Positions 10,045 to 21,110 are shown, numbered from the stretch's first letter. The stretch is 64,000 nt of DNA from Candidatus Cloacimonadales bacterium (GCA_963665815.1 OY762463.1:1024001-1088000); one strand, 5' to 3'. The notes: a model not told the origin generated them from the sequence alone. Translations and numbers: made by a program.

Positions 10045-11535
10045 CTAATATATAAAACAATAATCTATCAACGCTCTTGTAGAGTCGTAATTAATAAGTG
10101 AATCATCATTGTACTCAAGCGACAGTTTTACCTGATGGTGCCTGTTTGGCCTCCAGGTTAAAACACCTGTAATAGTCTGTTCATCTGATTTTTCACCGTC
10201 AAGCCACCTTGCTTCATCAGACTGACGTGTATTGTAGTTCAATAATGCTGAATTTCCTGTACTTCCTTTTTTTACCATAGAATATGCCATATCAAATTTT
10301 ATTCGCTTGCAGATTCTCAGATTCAGTTCTGTTGTAAAGTCAACAAAGTTTGCTCCATCAGGATGCCCAAGCGATATCTGATCATGAGTAAATTTGTTTT
10401 CCTGAATCTTATGAGTATATAACCATGGTCTGGCAGCAGTATACTCGAATGTTAATTTTGGTTTCATCAAGAATTCTGATTTGAAGGAAACACCTGTCTG
10501 TAAAGCGTATTTATTGCCCCACCAGTCAGATGTCAGTTCAGATTTTCTTAGTTCATCAAAAATAAAACTGCCATAAAATGTCATCCAGTCTTTTGGAATA
10601 TATCTGTAACCTGCAAAGATCAGTATGTTATCTCTGTCTCTGAGGTTGTGTTCAGTAACCCTGTAAAATGTATGAGGAAGAAGATAGCTGAGATCAGCTC
10701 CCCTACCGGAATAAATAACTTCTTCACCTACGTACATCATGAATTTTTCAGAAGGTTTCCAAGATAATTTGTGATAAACAAGGTGTTTATCTTCGTAGTC
10801 TTTCGGGTGATCTCCATCTTCGGAAAGGTATGATCTCGTACTGTCCGGAATCAACATGGCATCTGCAAAATCTATCTCGAAATCCCCCATCTGATAAGTC
10901 CACTTGAAAAATCCGTACTCATTGCAGTCATCATTCAGAATAATACTTCCTGAGATATTATCTCCTATAGATAAAGAAGATCTTCCAAGTTTGAAAGTTC
11001 CAAATTTCGTCTCAGCCTGAATCCAGGCAGTTAAATTATCCGTCTGAATTTTATCCGGACCATCCAGCTTGTAGAATGAATCTAATATTTTTGTAGATTC
11101 CTTAACATACTCAACATCTCTTTTAAAATATCCTGCCCACCAGTTTGCATGAAGCTTAACATTCTCGCTCATCTGAGAATTCAATATAAGCCCTCTGTAT
11201 GTGAAATAGTAATCTGCATCCTTATTATATCCAAAGCTCGCCCCACCCTGAAATTGTAATTGCAGAAAAGACTCATTATTGTTCCAGCTGTATCGCCATA
11301 AAGCACCTTCGTCGGTTCTGATAAAATCACTAAAATTCTTTTTTAAGTTATTAACAGAAGAAAGAGCAAATCCATCAGTTGTTGTGATAATTTCATACTT
11401 ATCAATATAATCTCTATCGGATAAGGTGAATTTATTAATTCTTGAATTGATGGAATTCTCTGCAGTTAAAAAGCTGATAAACATTAAAAGTATAAGTAGA
11501 TACAATGTCTTTGTCATTTTTGGATAATCCTTCAT
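10045..11535 (-). CDS. Outer-membrane beta-barrel protein, capsule-assembly Wzi-like
   Basis: Signal peptide, GEEVIYSGR..DLSYLLP, DRDN, FIFDE, RPWLYTH, SLGHPDGAN and aromatic C-terminus. Confidence 0.65.
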   Translation of the reverse strand: MKDYPKMTKTLYLLILLMFISFLTAENSINSRINKFTLSDRDYIDKYEIITTTDGFALSSVNNLKKNFSDFIRTDEGALWRYSWNNNESFLQLQFQGGASFGYNKDADYYFTYRGLILNSQMSENVKLHANWWAGYFKRDVEYVKESTKILDSFYKLDGPDKIQTDNLTAWIQAETKFGTFKLGRSSLSIGDNISGSIILNDDCNEYGFFKWTYQMGDFEIDFADAMLIPDSTRSYLSEDGDHPKDYEDKHLVYHKLSWKPSEKFMMYVGEEVIYSGRGADLSYLLPHTFYRVTEHNLRDRDNILIFAGYRYIPKDWMTFYGSFIFDELRKSELTSDWWGNKYALQTGVSFKSEFLMKPKLTFEYTAARPWLYTHKIQENKFTHDQISLGHPDGANFVDFTTELNLRICKRIKFDMAYSMVKKGSTGNSALLNYNTRQSDEARWLDGEKSDEQTITGVLTWRPNRHHQVKLSLEYNDDSLINYDSTRALIDYCFIY

Positions 11536-11580
11536 TTAGTATACAGTATGAAAATTATATTACTGTGATTCAGTCTATAA

Positions 11581-12333
11581 TTATTTTTTAAGCGTATTTA
11601 TTGCTTCATGTACTGTTTGTACAGTAAATTTTCTATCTTTCACAAAATCCATTATCTTTATGAAATCATGAATCTGGCAGACATCCGGATAACTCCAGTC
11701 AATGTTTTCGAATACTCTGTGGAAACCGATTATTATCAGGTCTTCCCCACTGTTTACTCCATGGATAATCCTCTGAATCACATCATCTGCCCGGTAATCA
11801 GTCTGATAATAGAAATATCCCAGGTATTCCTGATTCACAGGTACTCTCATACTCAAATCAAGACTTGTCCTGATTATTGAGTAATAATCATTGATTAAAT
11901 CAAAATGCTCAGGAGTAGCATGTCCGGAAGGAAGTGCAAAACTATGCATTACAAAACCCTGTTTCCTGAAAAAGTTGTAATCTTCTTCAATCTGGTACTT
12001 CGCTTCTTCATAGGTGAAATCGGGTAGATTAACATGATCAATCGTATGACCGCCTATTTCCCATCCATCATTATACATTTCGTGAAGCCGATCTATTGTC
12101 ATGTCATTCCCAAGTCCAACAGACCCGGAATTAAGATAAAGTGTCCCCTCAAAATCATAGTCCTTCATGATACGATAAGCATTCTCATATATAGTTTTGT
12201 CTCCGTCATCGAAAGTGAAGACGATTATAGGGTCAGAGTTTCTTACTTCCTGACATCCTGAAAGACAGAAAATCAGGAGTGCTATACTAATCCATCCAGG
12301 AAGACCATGAAACCAGTGTCTGTAAGCCGACAT
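11581..12333 (-). CDS. Polysaccharide deacetylase (NodB-like) lipoprotein
   Basis: FTFDDG, WEIGGHTIDH, FALPSG, IIGFH. Lipobox LSGC. Start position uncertain. Confidence 0.85.
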   Translation of the reverse strand: MSAYRHWFHGLPGWISIALLIFCLSGCQEVRNSDPIIVFTFDDGDKTIYENAYRIMKDYDFEGTLYLNSGSVGLGNDMTIDRLHEMYNDGWEIGGHTIDHVNLPDFTYEEAKYQIEEDYNFFRKQGFVMHSFALPSGHATPEHFDLINDYYSIIRTSLDLSMRVPVNQEYLGYFYYQTDYRADDVIQRIIHGVNSGEDLIIIGFHRVFENIDWSYPDVCQIHDFIKIMDFVKDRKFTVQTVHEAINTLKK

Positions 12334-13405
12334 AATAGGAATCATCTCCGTAATTGCATGAATTGTATGCCCCTTCCAGACCAACAGTCCAGAAATGAGC
12401 AACTTTGTAGTTAAGTATTGTAGAAACATCTCTTTCGATTGAGTAATCAGTTTCATTATATATAAATGTGTTAATTAATTCAAGTTTTTCGAAACTTGAT
12501 TTAGCCTGAGCAGATATCCTGCTTGTATATTTAGAATCATCTTTTTCTTCTCTGAGATAACCACATGATAGTCTGATAAATTTATCAATCCTGTAATTCA
12601 GTTCTGTATAACCGCTTAACATGCTTTTTCTTTTCGTTCTCGTGCCCTTCATCATGTCTTTATAACAAAGATATGTCTTAACATCAGTATTATAGAATGA
12701 TTTCTCAAGTTCAATATCAAACATGTTTGTAGACTGGTTATAATCGTTATCTCTCCCAATATACAAAAAACCTATTTTAAGCAATTCAAGTGGTTTCAAG
12801 GTGGCACCAATAAGTACTCTATTTATTGAATTAGTCCCTCCATATAATGAAGGCAAAAATCCTTTTTCATTTAAATTCTGCAAATGCAAACCATTAAACC
12901 GCATCTGGTCAATCATAGGCTTGTTGTAAAAGCCTGATCGTACTGTTTGATTATCTATCTCAGATTCTTTCCCAACATTCAGGTATGAATAGTTATAAAT
13001 AATATCATAATCCGTATCAAACATTTGTCGACGAATCTCTATTCTATTCAGTTCGACGGCTTCTTCCAAACCTTTCTGATAATTCTTCAGCTCTATATTG
13101 AAATATGTTTTTGATTTGTGATAATATGAGAATCCCGGCATAATATGAAAATCGTCTCTCATTGTCTGCTTTTTCTCTTTTCTTGGACGATAATAATCAA
13201 CACCATATCTTGAACCCGTTTTAAGGTAATATTCATGTGTCATTGTATTCGTACGACGATGTAAAAAATGATGTGAAAAAGCTACTTCTTGGTCCTTCAA
13301 TCTTGACAAAACACTCTCATCCTGTATATAAAAACAGGAAATGGGGGAAAAAATCCCCCATATTATAATAGTAATTAAAATATATTTGAATAATCCGTTT
13401 GGCAT
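12287..13405 (-). CDS. Hypothetical exported protein, probably outer-membrane beta-barrel
   Basis: 372-aa ORF with signal peptide and alternating aromatic beta-strand pattern. Confidence 0.6.
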   Translation of the reverse strand: MPNGLFKYILITIIIWGIFSPISCFYIQDESVLSRLKDQEVAFSHHFLHRRTNTMTHEYYLKTGSRYGVDYYRPRKEKKQTMRDDFHIMPGFSYYHKSKTYFNIELKNYQKGLEEAVELNRIEIRRQMFDTDYDIIYNYSYLNVGKESEIDNQTVRSGFYNKPMIDQMRFNGLHLQNLNEKGFLPSLYGGTNSINRVLIGATLKPLELLKIGFLYIGRDNDYNQSTNMFDIELEKSFYNTDVKTYLCYKDMMKGTRTKRKSMLSGYTELNYRIDKFIRLSCGYLREEKDDSKYTSRISAQAKSSFEKLELINTFIYNETDYSIERDVSTILNYKVAHFWTVGLEGAYNSCNYGDDSYYVGLQTLVSWSSWMD

Positions 13406-13410
13406 TTTTC

Positions 13411-14133
13411 TTAGAATGTTTCTTCTGGATATTTCTTTTCGAGTTTCTTCTTCAGCTTTTTGTATTCTTTATTCTTATCGTTATGCTTAAGAATTCTGAG
13501 ATGAATTTTGCCTTCGGAAACGGAACTTAATTCTTCTTCTGCATCTTCAATATCCTTACCTTTATATGAAAGACCTGTTTTAAAAGTCTCAAGCGCTTCC
13601 TCGTATTTTCCCATCTCATCCTGAACATCAGCAAGCATAATGTATGCATCGTAATGTTCTTTTCTGGTTTCGATTGCTTTTTTCAGAGCAACTTCTGATT
13701 GTTCAAGTTTTCCGCTTTTGAAATAAGCCTCGCCTTTATGTCGCCAAGGGCAGGACCATTTTGGAGAAGCTTCGTTTATCTTGTTATAAACTTCAATACT
13801 TTCATCAAACATATTGAGACTGAGAAGAAGATTAGCATAACCGAACTTTTCTCCGGCATTGAGTGAATCCATATTGGTATCAAAGTAATCAAGCTGCTGA
13901 CCTAATTCGGTAACAAGAACATAAGCAGCCATCAGATGACTTCTGGAATCAAAATTGTTTTTGTCTATTTTGCTATAGAAATGATCCATTGCACTCTTGA
14001 AATTTTCATAGGATTTATCAGCGGAATAAATCTGGAAAGGATCTTTCTGTTTCTGCTGTTCCTGTTTCTCAGCTTCTGCTGAAAGCATCATGAATATCAT
14101 TGTAATACTAAGAAATAAAATAAATTTTTTCAT
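13411..14133 (-). CDS. Exported TPR-repeat protein
   Basis: Signal peptide MKKFILF and TPR patterns (PWRHKGEAYFKSGKLEQSEVALKKAIE; AYIMLADVQDEMGKYEEA). Start reset to 14133 because the longer ORF overlaps the tRNA. Confidence 0.82.
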   Translation of the reverse strand: MKKFILFLSITMIFMMLSAEAEKQEQQKQKDPFQIYSADKSYENFKSAMDHFYSKIDKNNFDSRSHLMAAYVLVTELGQQLDYFDTNMDSLNAGEKFGYANLLLSLNMFDESIEVYNKINEASPKWSCPWRHKGEAYFKSGKLEQSEVALKKAIETRKEHYDAYIMLADVQDEMGKYEEALETFKTGLSYKGKDIEDAEEELSSVSEGKIHLRILKHNDKNKEYKKLKKKLEKKYPEETF

Positions 14134-14207
14134 ATTTTCTACCTTTATCCTCTTTTTGTTAAAAAAACTATAGACAAGTAATTTAGTCAAAATATTTTTG
14201 CAGAGTT

Positions 14208-14284
14208 GCGCCTGTGGCTCAATTGGATAGAGCATCTGACTTCGGATCAGAGGGTTAGGGGTTCGAGTCCTCTCAGGCGCGCCA
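14208..14284 (+). tRNA. tRNA-Arg (anticodon TCG)
   Basis: Cloverleaf: GCGCCTG/CAGGCGC acceptor, GCTC/GAGC D-stem, TCTGA-CTTCGGA-TCAGA anticodon arm, TTCGAGT T-loop, encoded CCA. Confidence 0.97.
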
Positions 14285-14294
14285 TTCTATTGTT

Positions 14295-14582
14295 TTATAT
14301 AATCTTACGACAAACATGCACTTCCGACTTAGCATTTGCCAACTCACCAATTTCAGGAACTAATCTTTTAAAATGTTCAGCATTGAAATGTGCTTCAAGA
14401 TGTTTCTCAGACTCCCATTCCTCTACTACAATAAGAAAATGTTTTTCCTTCATGTTCTGGATAATATCGTACTTAAGGCAGCCTTTTTCTTTTCGTGTTT
14501 CTGCAGCCAGTTCTGCATAAAGTTCTATTGCTTTACCAATATTTTCAGGTTTGATATTTGCTTTGGCAATTACATTTATCAT
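14295..14582 (-). CDS. Antibiotic biosynthesis monooxygenase (ABM)/putative quinol monooxygenase
   Basis: TRKEKGCLKYD, VEEWESEKHLEAHF. GGAGG RBS before MINVIA. Confidence 0.88.
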   Translation of the reverse strand: MINVIAKANIKPENIGKAIELYAELAAETRKEKGCLKYDIIQNMKEKHFLIVVEEWESEKHLEAHFNAEHFKRLVPEIGELANAKSEVHVCRKII

Positions 14583-14731
14583 CAAAACCTCCTTATAAAT
14601 GCAGATTGTCAGTGATTGAATCAGAGTCAATATTTTTATATGGAATATTATTATCTGATATTCAATTCTTGACAGTAATTTTTAATTTACAATATTTATT
14701 TTAGAAAATCAAATCAAAAAAAGAGGTAGAT

Positions 14732-16234
14732 ATGATTAGAAAATACTTACTTATTTTTACTTTACTGGCAATGAGCTTCATGCTGTTTGCTGAAGAAGAA
14801 AAGGAAAACGACAAAAGCTACGGAATGGGACTTGGTGTCGGTTCTGTGATGATCAATGGTAACTCATATACAAGACTTCGTCTTATGCCTGAAATATCTT
14901 TCTGGAAAATAGGAATCGGTCTCGATGCAGATATCCTTATAGATGAAGACGGTAACCTTAGAAAAGAAGACTGGGATGAAGGCGAAGACTGGCTCAACAA
15001 GATATATTACATCAGATATGGTCAACGCGGAGATTCCTTCTACGGAAGATTCGGTGGATTCAAAGATTTTTCAATGGGTAAAGGACTTGTTATGTCCGGT
15101 TACTCCAATATGCTGAGATATCCTGAACATAGACAGCTTGGTCTGCAGCTTGGTGGAAAACTTCCAATTATGAATATTACTATGGAAGGTTTCACCTCCA
15201 ATATTCAGGAAAATGATATCATGGCCGGAAGACTTACAATACAGCCACTCACAAAAATGTCTTTACCAATCCTCAGCAATATCACATTTGGTGGAACATT
15301 TGCTACTGACCAGAATCAACTCAATGGTCTCATTGATACAGATGGAGACGGTTATGCAGATGCTCAGGATTTTAAACCTTTTGATGATTCAGTATGGAAT
15401 GAAATAGATACTCATTATGAAACTGCTCGAAGAGAGTATTTCAGGAATTATAATGTAATTACAACTGAAGACAGTTTAGAGTTTGAAGAATATTTCGCTA
15501 CAGATCCATATTATCAGAGCAGACGAAGTACAAAAATTAGTGAAAAACCTAGGAGAGTTGTTAATGTATTTGGTATTGATTATGACCTGCCAATCATTAA
15601 GGGAGACTTATTCAATCTTTCACATTATGGTGAAGCTGCAATGATTCAGGACCATAATATGGGATTTATCTTTCCTGGTTTCTACTCCAAATTCTTGATT
15701 TTTGATATTAATCTTGAATTCAGAATGTATCAGGATGATTTCGAGCCGGCTTTCTTCGATGAGTTATATGAAGAAAACAGATCTGCTTTTAAAAAAGCTC
15801 CGGACAGTACCCAATATATTGTAGCCAAATCAGATTTGATTAAGTTGAATACAGAATCTAAAGGCTGGTATGGTAAAATCAGGGCTGACCTCTTTAAAAC
15901 TCTTTACTTCACCGTAGATTATGAAGATATGCAAGGAGATGATAATCTGGATAATCAATCTTTCAGCGCAGCATTAGAGCTCCAAAAAACATTTATACCT
16001 AAATTATCTACAGCTAAAATTGAGTACATTCAACGAAATGAAGATCAAGTTCTGAAGGACTTTAAAACACCTAACACATATCTTATCGGAACAATTGCAT
16101 ATAATCTGGCAGACAACGTAAATTACGTTTGGAGATATCAGGAAAGATATATTGATAAGAATGATAATGGTGAAATCAAGGGTAAGGAAGAAACGATAAC
16201 AACAACATCAATGGGTGTAGAAATTAGATTCTAA
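14732..16234 (+). CDS. Hypothetical outer-membrane protein
   Basis: 500 aa, signal peptide, beta-strand pattern, C-terminal GVEIRF, a DTDGDG Ca-binding-like loop. Confidence 0.7.
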   Translation: MIRKYLLIFTLLAMSFMLFAEEEKENDKSYGMGLGVGSVMINGNSYTRLRLMPEISFWKIGIGLDADILIDEDGNLRKEDWDEGEDWLNKIYYIRYGQRGDSFYGRFGGFKDFSMGKGLVMSGYSNMLRYPEHRQLGLQLGGKLPIMNITMEGFTSNIQENDIMAGRLTIQPLTKMSLPILSNITFGGTFATDQNQLNGLIDTDGDGYADAQDFKPFDDSVWNEIDTHYETARREYFRNYNVITTEDSLEFEEYFATDPYYQSRRSTKISEKPRRVVNVFGIDYDLPIIKGDLFNLSHYGEAAMIQDHNMGFIFPGFYSKFLIFDINLEFRMYQDDFEPAFFDELYEENRSAFKKAPDSTQYIVAKSDLIKLNTESKGWYGKIRADLFKTLYFTVDYEDMQGDDNLDNQSFSAALELQKTFIPKLSTAKIEYIQRNEDQVLKDFKTPNTYLIGTIAYNLADNVNYVWRYQERYIDKNDNGEIKGKEETITTTSMGVEIRF

Positions 16235-16258
16235 GCCTGTTTACAGATAAAGTATTTT

Positions 16259-16290
16259 AAGCCTGTAATGATTATTGCAGGCTTTTCTTA
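16259..16290 (+). terminator. Intrinsic terminator
   Basis: AAGCCTGTAAT-GATT-ATTGCAGGCTT followed by T-rich tail. Confidence 0.7.
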
Positions 16291-16461
16291 TTCGTATTAT
16301 GAACGGTTATTGAAATACAGAACATTATGAATATAATTCAACATTAACTGTTATTCAAGCAAATATTTAAAACAAAAAAATAAGTAGATTAACATTTTTT
16401 CCTTGCATTGTCACAACAAAAAAAATTCTTGGACGTAAATCTTAAAAAGAAGCAGGTAATT

Positions 16462-17433
16462 TTGACTAGGTATCTAATTGTATGTATGGTAATTGTGTTT
16501 GTTGCTCTATGCAGTTGTGAGAAAAAGAACGAACATGAAACAGGTGAAATTTGTATTGTAGACTCTCTTGGCTGGCAGGAAAGCTCCGACTATGCATTTA
16601 CAGGTTTATGTTCGATAGAGTCATATAAAGGTGAATTATACATTCTTTCCACTTATATGTCCGAATTCTATGTATATGATCTCAAGACACTCGAGTTTAA
16701 AAGAAAATTTGGTATTAAAGGCAAGGGACCTGGTGAGATTCTTCATGCCTATTATTTTACATTTGACGATGATGGAAATATCGTAGTTGCTGATGAAGAG
16801 AACAACAGAATCTCCTGGTTCTCAAGAGAAGGTAAATTCCTTAAAGAGCTTAAAGCCTCTGCCCCGACAGTAATTCATAATTATGATGGAACTATATACT
16901 ATGCAAATATCTCGACTGATCCGAAGTTTGGAATTTACAAACTCGAAGAAGGTCGTAAAGTCAGGATATTTAATTTAAAGAAACTCGCTGAGAATTATGA
17001 ACTTCCATTGCTGAAAAGAAATATGGATTTCATAGTCAAAGATGGATTTACTTTTGTTTCCTTCCATCACTATCCGGATAAGTTGTTCAAATTCAAAGAC
17101 AATACTCTTGTTACTCTGAAAAACTCATGCAGCTTCACACCTCTTGGTTCATCAGATCTGTATGAAGGTACGGACCTTTTTGCACAAATACAATATAGTA
17201 TCAAAAAACCCGATTCTGGTGAAAAACTGACTTCAGCTCAAGAATGTGCTGAATTGGTTGGAGTTGACGGTAAACTCGTCGAATATGATTATTCTGGAAA
17301 AATACAGTGCGAATATAAGCTACCGGAAAAGATATTCTGTCATATTTATTCATTCAACAGATCAGGCAATACTGTAATTATGCAGGACATGTATTCAGGA
17401 ATTGTATATAAACTCAAACTAAAAAGAACATAA
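16462..17433 (+). CDS. 6-bladed beta-propeller/NHL-repeat lipoprotein
   Basis: Lipobox LCSC, FGIKGKGPGE, IVVADEENNRISWF. TTG start inferred. Confidence 0.75.
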   Translation: MTRYLIVCMVIVFVALCSCEKKNEHETGEICIVDSLGWQESSDYAFTGLCSIESYKGELYILSTYMSEFYVYDLKTLEFKRKFGIKGKGPGEILHAYYFTFDDDGNIVVADEENNRISWFSREGKFLKELKASAPTVIHNYDGTIYYANISTDPKFGIYKLEEGRKVRIFNLKKLAENYELPLLKRNMDFIVKDGFTFVSFHHYPDKLFKFKDNTLVTLKNSCSFTPLGSSDLYEGTDLFAQIQYSIKKPDSGEKLTSAQECAELVGVDGKLVEYDYSGKIQCEYKLPEKIFCHIYSFNRSGNTVIMQDMYSGIVYKLKLKRT

Positions 17434-17500
17434 AAAAAGCTGATGAAAATATCACCAGCCTATATTCTACATTAGAAGTATATAAACAGAAATTCTATAC

Positions 17501-18031
17501 TTAATTCAGATCAAATACGTTATCAAATAATACCCAGCCTCTCTCAGTATGGATCATTGCGTCAAATCTGAAGTGATATTCCTTATCCATTGATTTGAAG
17601 TAAACTCTTGGATTCTCAACGATTCTGAGTTCAATAGGCATCCCTTTGTCTTCAACAAGGTCTTCAATGTCGTATCTGATATATTCTACAGATTTCCAGT
17701 CAATATTGTATTGTTTACCAGCATCTTTCATACTTGTAAATAATTCGGCAACCATCTTTTTCTGTTCTTTTTCTCTTTTCTCAAAATCTTCTTTTGTCGA
17801 CTTCTTTTCTTCTTTTGACAAATCATTATAATCTTTACTGAGTTTATATTGAGAGAAAAAGAAATCAATATCATTTTTATTCATGCAGCAATCTTCGAAT
17901 TTTTCCAAAGAATCATTTTTCAATGCATCAATAATTCCTGACATTAAAGCTGTTTCAGAATTATCCTTTGAACAAGCTGCTGCAATCAGTAAAACAAACA
18001 AAGAAAAGGTAAATATTAAAATCTTTTTCAT
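17501..18031 (-). CDS. Hypothetical lipoprotein
   Basis: GGAGG RBS, MKKILIF and lipobox AAAC. Confidence 0.75.
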   Translation of the reverse strand: MKKILIFTFSLFVLLIAAACSKDNSETALMSGIIDALKNDSLEKFEDCCMNKNDIDFFFSQYKLSKDYNDLSKEEKKSTKEDFEKREKEQKKMVAELFTSMKDAGKQYNIDWKSVEYIRYDIEDLVEDKGMPIELRIVENPRVYFKSMDKEYHFRFDAMIHTERGWVLFDNVFDLN

Positions 18032-18156
18032 AGTTCCTCCAAAGTACATTCAAGGAATTAGCTGTCCAGCGTCAATTTTTTTCTTCATCTCTAATCAAAA
18101 TACATTATGTTATCTGTGTATTTGCTAATGATGAATAGTATTAAGGTTAATCATAT

Positions 18157-18903
18157 ATGAAAGTAATCAGTAGAACCGAAAAGGGATACAAATCCGGAAA
18201 ACACAAGAATGAAGATAGCTTCCTGATTATTAATGGAGCAGGAAAGAACTTGCCTGAGAACCAATCTCTTTTTGTTGTCTGTGACGGTCTTGGAGGAATG
18301 AAAGCGGGAGATATTGCCAGCAAATTATGCTGTGATGAGTTAGGAAAACCTCTTGAACATACTGACAAGTATACTGATAAAACGATCTTAATCAATAAAA
18401 TGCTGGAAAATGCCAATCTCCAAATCTACACCAGACAAGCAGAAAACAAAAATTTGTCAGGAATGGCAACAACAGCAGTTTTATTAATGCTCTGTGAAAA
18501 TATGGCATACATAAATTCTGTCGGAGATAGCAGATTATACTTGTTACGCAATGGAATAATTTCTCAGATAACCGAGGATGAAACTATTGTCTGGGATCTC
18601 TTTAAAAGTGGTAAGATCACAAAGGATCAACTTGTGAATCATCCGCAAAGCCATTTATTGACCAATGCTGTGGGTTCCAGTAAAGATATTTCTCTGAGAC
18701 CTGTTATAACTTTTGCATTTGAATCCGGGGATATATTCCTTCTCTGTAGTGATGGCTTGCATGATCATATCACAGACAAAGTAATAGAAGCAATTCTTAA
18801 TGAAAACGTAACACTTGATGAAATATCTGAAAAACTGATTTCTGCAGCAAGAGAATCAAAATCTGATGATGATATAACGATTGTACTGGTTTCTATTGAC
18901 TGA
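18157..18903 (+). CDS. PP2C-family Ser/Thr protein phosphatase
   Basis: NEDS, VCDGLGG, MATT, VGDSRLY, LLCSDGL, DDITIV. Confidence 0.93.
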   Translation: MKVISRTEKGYKSGKHKNEDSFLIINGAGKNLPENQSLFVVCDGLGGMKAGDIASKLCCDELGKPLEHTDKYTDKTILINKMLENANLQIYTRQAENKNLSGMATTAVLLMLCENMAYINSVGDSRLYLLRNGIISQITEDETIVWDLFKSGKITKDQLVNHPQSHLLTNAVGSSKDISLRPVITFAFESGDIFLLCSDGLHDHITDKVIEAILNENVTLDEISEKLISAARESKSDDDITIVLVSID

Positions 18904-18981
18904 ATGAAAGCTCATCACCAAATTCTTCATCAGTGCAAATATTTATTGACTTAATCTATAATAGTTACTTAATTAACAATT

Positions 18982-21015
18982 ATGATACGAAAATGTGTAA
19001 TCTTTATATTAATGCTCTCGGCTATTGCCATTAGTTTATCTGCACTGGAAATTCTTGACCCGGAAAATCCTGATTTTCTGGTAATTGACAATACAAGATT
19101 CCAGTTAAACCCGGTTATCAAAATTTCCAATTACCCACAGGCTGGTAACTATATACCGCAGCTTGTGTTTAGAAATATATCATCCCGGGCAGACACTACT
19201 TATATCGTTTATGAATATTCAATATGCAGATTAACTCTTAAAATATCAGAGTATCCATTTATTGATAATGCGTACAGTTTTGAATACCACTTATCAGGCA
19301 GGCAGGAACTCAAATTAAAGGATTTATTTATAGAATTTTCTGCAGATAATATTTCTAATACTTTATACGGACCGGAAGCAATCTATTATAATGATTCTTC
19401 CTATAATCTGCCAACAGTTCCGTTCAAAGATAGAATTGTAAAATATGAGATCGGAAATCGACAGCTATACATTACAGGTTCAAAATATCCAGGAACATCC
19501 AATATTGAAGTGATTAAAGATAATAACATTTTCATTTACGACAGTGATTTCCATAAGGCATTCTGGGGAAAGGGAAATGTCTGGCTTGACTGGAAAATAC
19601 TTTCTGAGCAGAGAAGAATCTCAGGTTCATTTATTATCTCTTCCGAAAATCCTGATTATCCGCTGTTCAATTATTTTCCGAAAGGTAAAAAAGCGGCTTT
19701 CACATTATCAAGTGATGCTGATTATGAAACAGTAAATCGTCTGAGAGCAATATTCTTCGGAAGTAATATCACCAGTCATCCTGACTATGGTACAAAAGGT
19801 CTGGTAGCAAACGATCTAAGAGTAACAAATTCGATTTTCGGTTATCACTGGGAAAGAGATGCAGCAGTACATCAGGAGATTATAGCTGCAGGTAACAGAA
19901 TTGCTTATCATACATATTACTCAATGAAAGACGAAAGAATAGACCTGATTAACAATTTACAGAATGAAGTTTCTGATTTAGGCATAAACTACTGGATAGA
20001 CCATAATGCTGGACTAAATCCGGAAGACCTTGCAGCAAATGGAGCGGTGCCGGGAAGTGACAACTATATTCTTGATATCCTGGAGGATGCTTCATTTAAA
20101 TATGCCTGGATTACAGATTCAAAAAATTATAAACGCAATGCTTTCGATGAATATTTTGAGTTACCTCATCATTGTGAAGCAATGACCGGAGACTATGAAT
20201 TATATATTCTGGGGCGTCGTTCCGGTATAAACTGGGAATGGATGTCCGATTCATATCATTTGGGATTTAAACCAAATGTAACAGATTCCACAATAACCGA
20301 TTTGTTAGCCCACAGAGGGCTCATGCATATGTATACTCATTTATGTATGCCTAATACAGGTGGCACTATAGGATTTCTTGATTTTATTGATTCGGATTCA
20401 AGGTACGAAATTAAACCCGATGTTGAAACATGTTTCAGGATGCTGAACTATCATCAGACATTTTCAGGATTATGGGTTGCTCCGGCAGAAGAAATATATG
20501 ACAGAATGTTTATCGTAGACTCACTTAAGATTACCTTTATACGTAATCTTAGTGACAGAACAATATTTGATATTCACAATCCGACTGATCAGCATCTGAC
20601 AAATATGGAAATAAGTTATATGAATAATGACTTTGTTTTAGATCTTCCTCCCGGTTCAACTGAAACTATAATGTTCAGACATCCATTAAATGTTGATTCA
20701 GACGAACAGATTCCTGATGAGAATACTCAGTATGTAGATATTACTGAAGATGAAAACGAAAAACAAGATGGGATACTGGTAACAACACATATCGTAGATA
20801 GTAGTCTAATAATAAAAGTTATGCTTGCCAAAAAAGAGCATTCAACCAATATTAATATATATAACATAAAGGGGCAGAAAGTTCTGTCAAAATTGCTACC
20901 GGCAGGAATTCAAACTCTCAGATTGCCGATCTCAGACCTTTCAACAGGAATGTATCTGGTCAGATGCAAATCCGGTAAGCAGACTAAAATCGTCAAAGCG
21001 TTGATATTAAAATAA
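18982..21015 (+). CDS. Secreted protein with carbohydrate-esterase/deacetylase-like central domain and T9SS-type C-terminal domain
   Basis: Signal peptide, FPKGKKAAFTLSSDAD, IAYHT, WIDH and C-terminal IYNIKGQKV...LSTGMYLVR. Confidence 0.65.
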   Translation: MIRKCVIFILMLSAIAISLSALEILDPENPDFLVIDNTRFQLNPVIKISNYPQAGNYIPQLVFRNISSRADTTYIVYEYSICRLTLKISEYPFIDNAYSFEYHLSGRQELKLKDLFIEFSADNISNTLYGPEAIYYNDSSYNLPTVPFKDRIVKYEIGNRQLYITGSKYPGTSNIEVIKDNNIFIYDSDFHKAFWGKGNVWLDWKILSEQRRISGSFIISSENPDYPLFNYFPKGKKAAFTLSSDADYETVNRLRAIFFGSNITSHPDYGTKGLVANDLRVTNSIFGYHWERDAAVHQEIIAAGNRIAYHTYYSMKDERIDLINNLQNEVSDLGINYWIDHNAGLNPEDLAANGAVPGSDNYILDILEDASFKYAWITDSKNYKRNAFDEYFELPHHCEAMTGDYELYILGRRSGINWEWMSDSYHLGFKPNVTDSTITDLLAHRGLMHMYTHLCMPNTGGTIGFLDFIDSDSRYEIKPDVETCFRMLNYHQTFSGLWVAPAEEIYDRMFIVDSLKITFIRNLSDRTIFDIHNPTDQHLTNMEISYMNNDFVLDLPPGSTETIMFRHPLNVDSDEQIPDENTQYVDITEDENEKQDGILVTTHIVDSSLIIKVMLAKKEHSTNINIYNIKGQKVLSKLLPAGIQTLRLPISDLSTGMYLVRCKSGKQTKIVKALILK

Positions 21016-21110
21016 TTTTCAGATTTTAAATTGTGTAGAAAATTAATTCGTGTTATATTATTTTTGTAAAAATATTAACAATATAGTGAATCTATATTCA
21101 AAGGATTGTA

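Noticed and set aside
14208-14284. tRNA-anchored prophage or integrative island at either tRNA
   Set aside because: No integrase or phage genes in the window, and I saw no duplicated tRNA 3' end.
14134-14520. ORF 14206..14520 and the N-terminal extension of the TPR ORF to 14235
   Set aside because: Both overlap tRNA-Arg, and the first is also antisense to the ABM gene.
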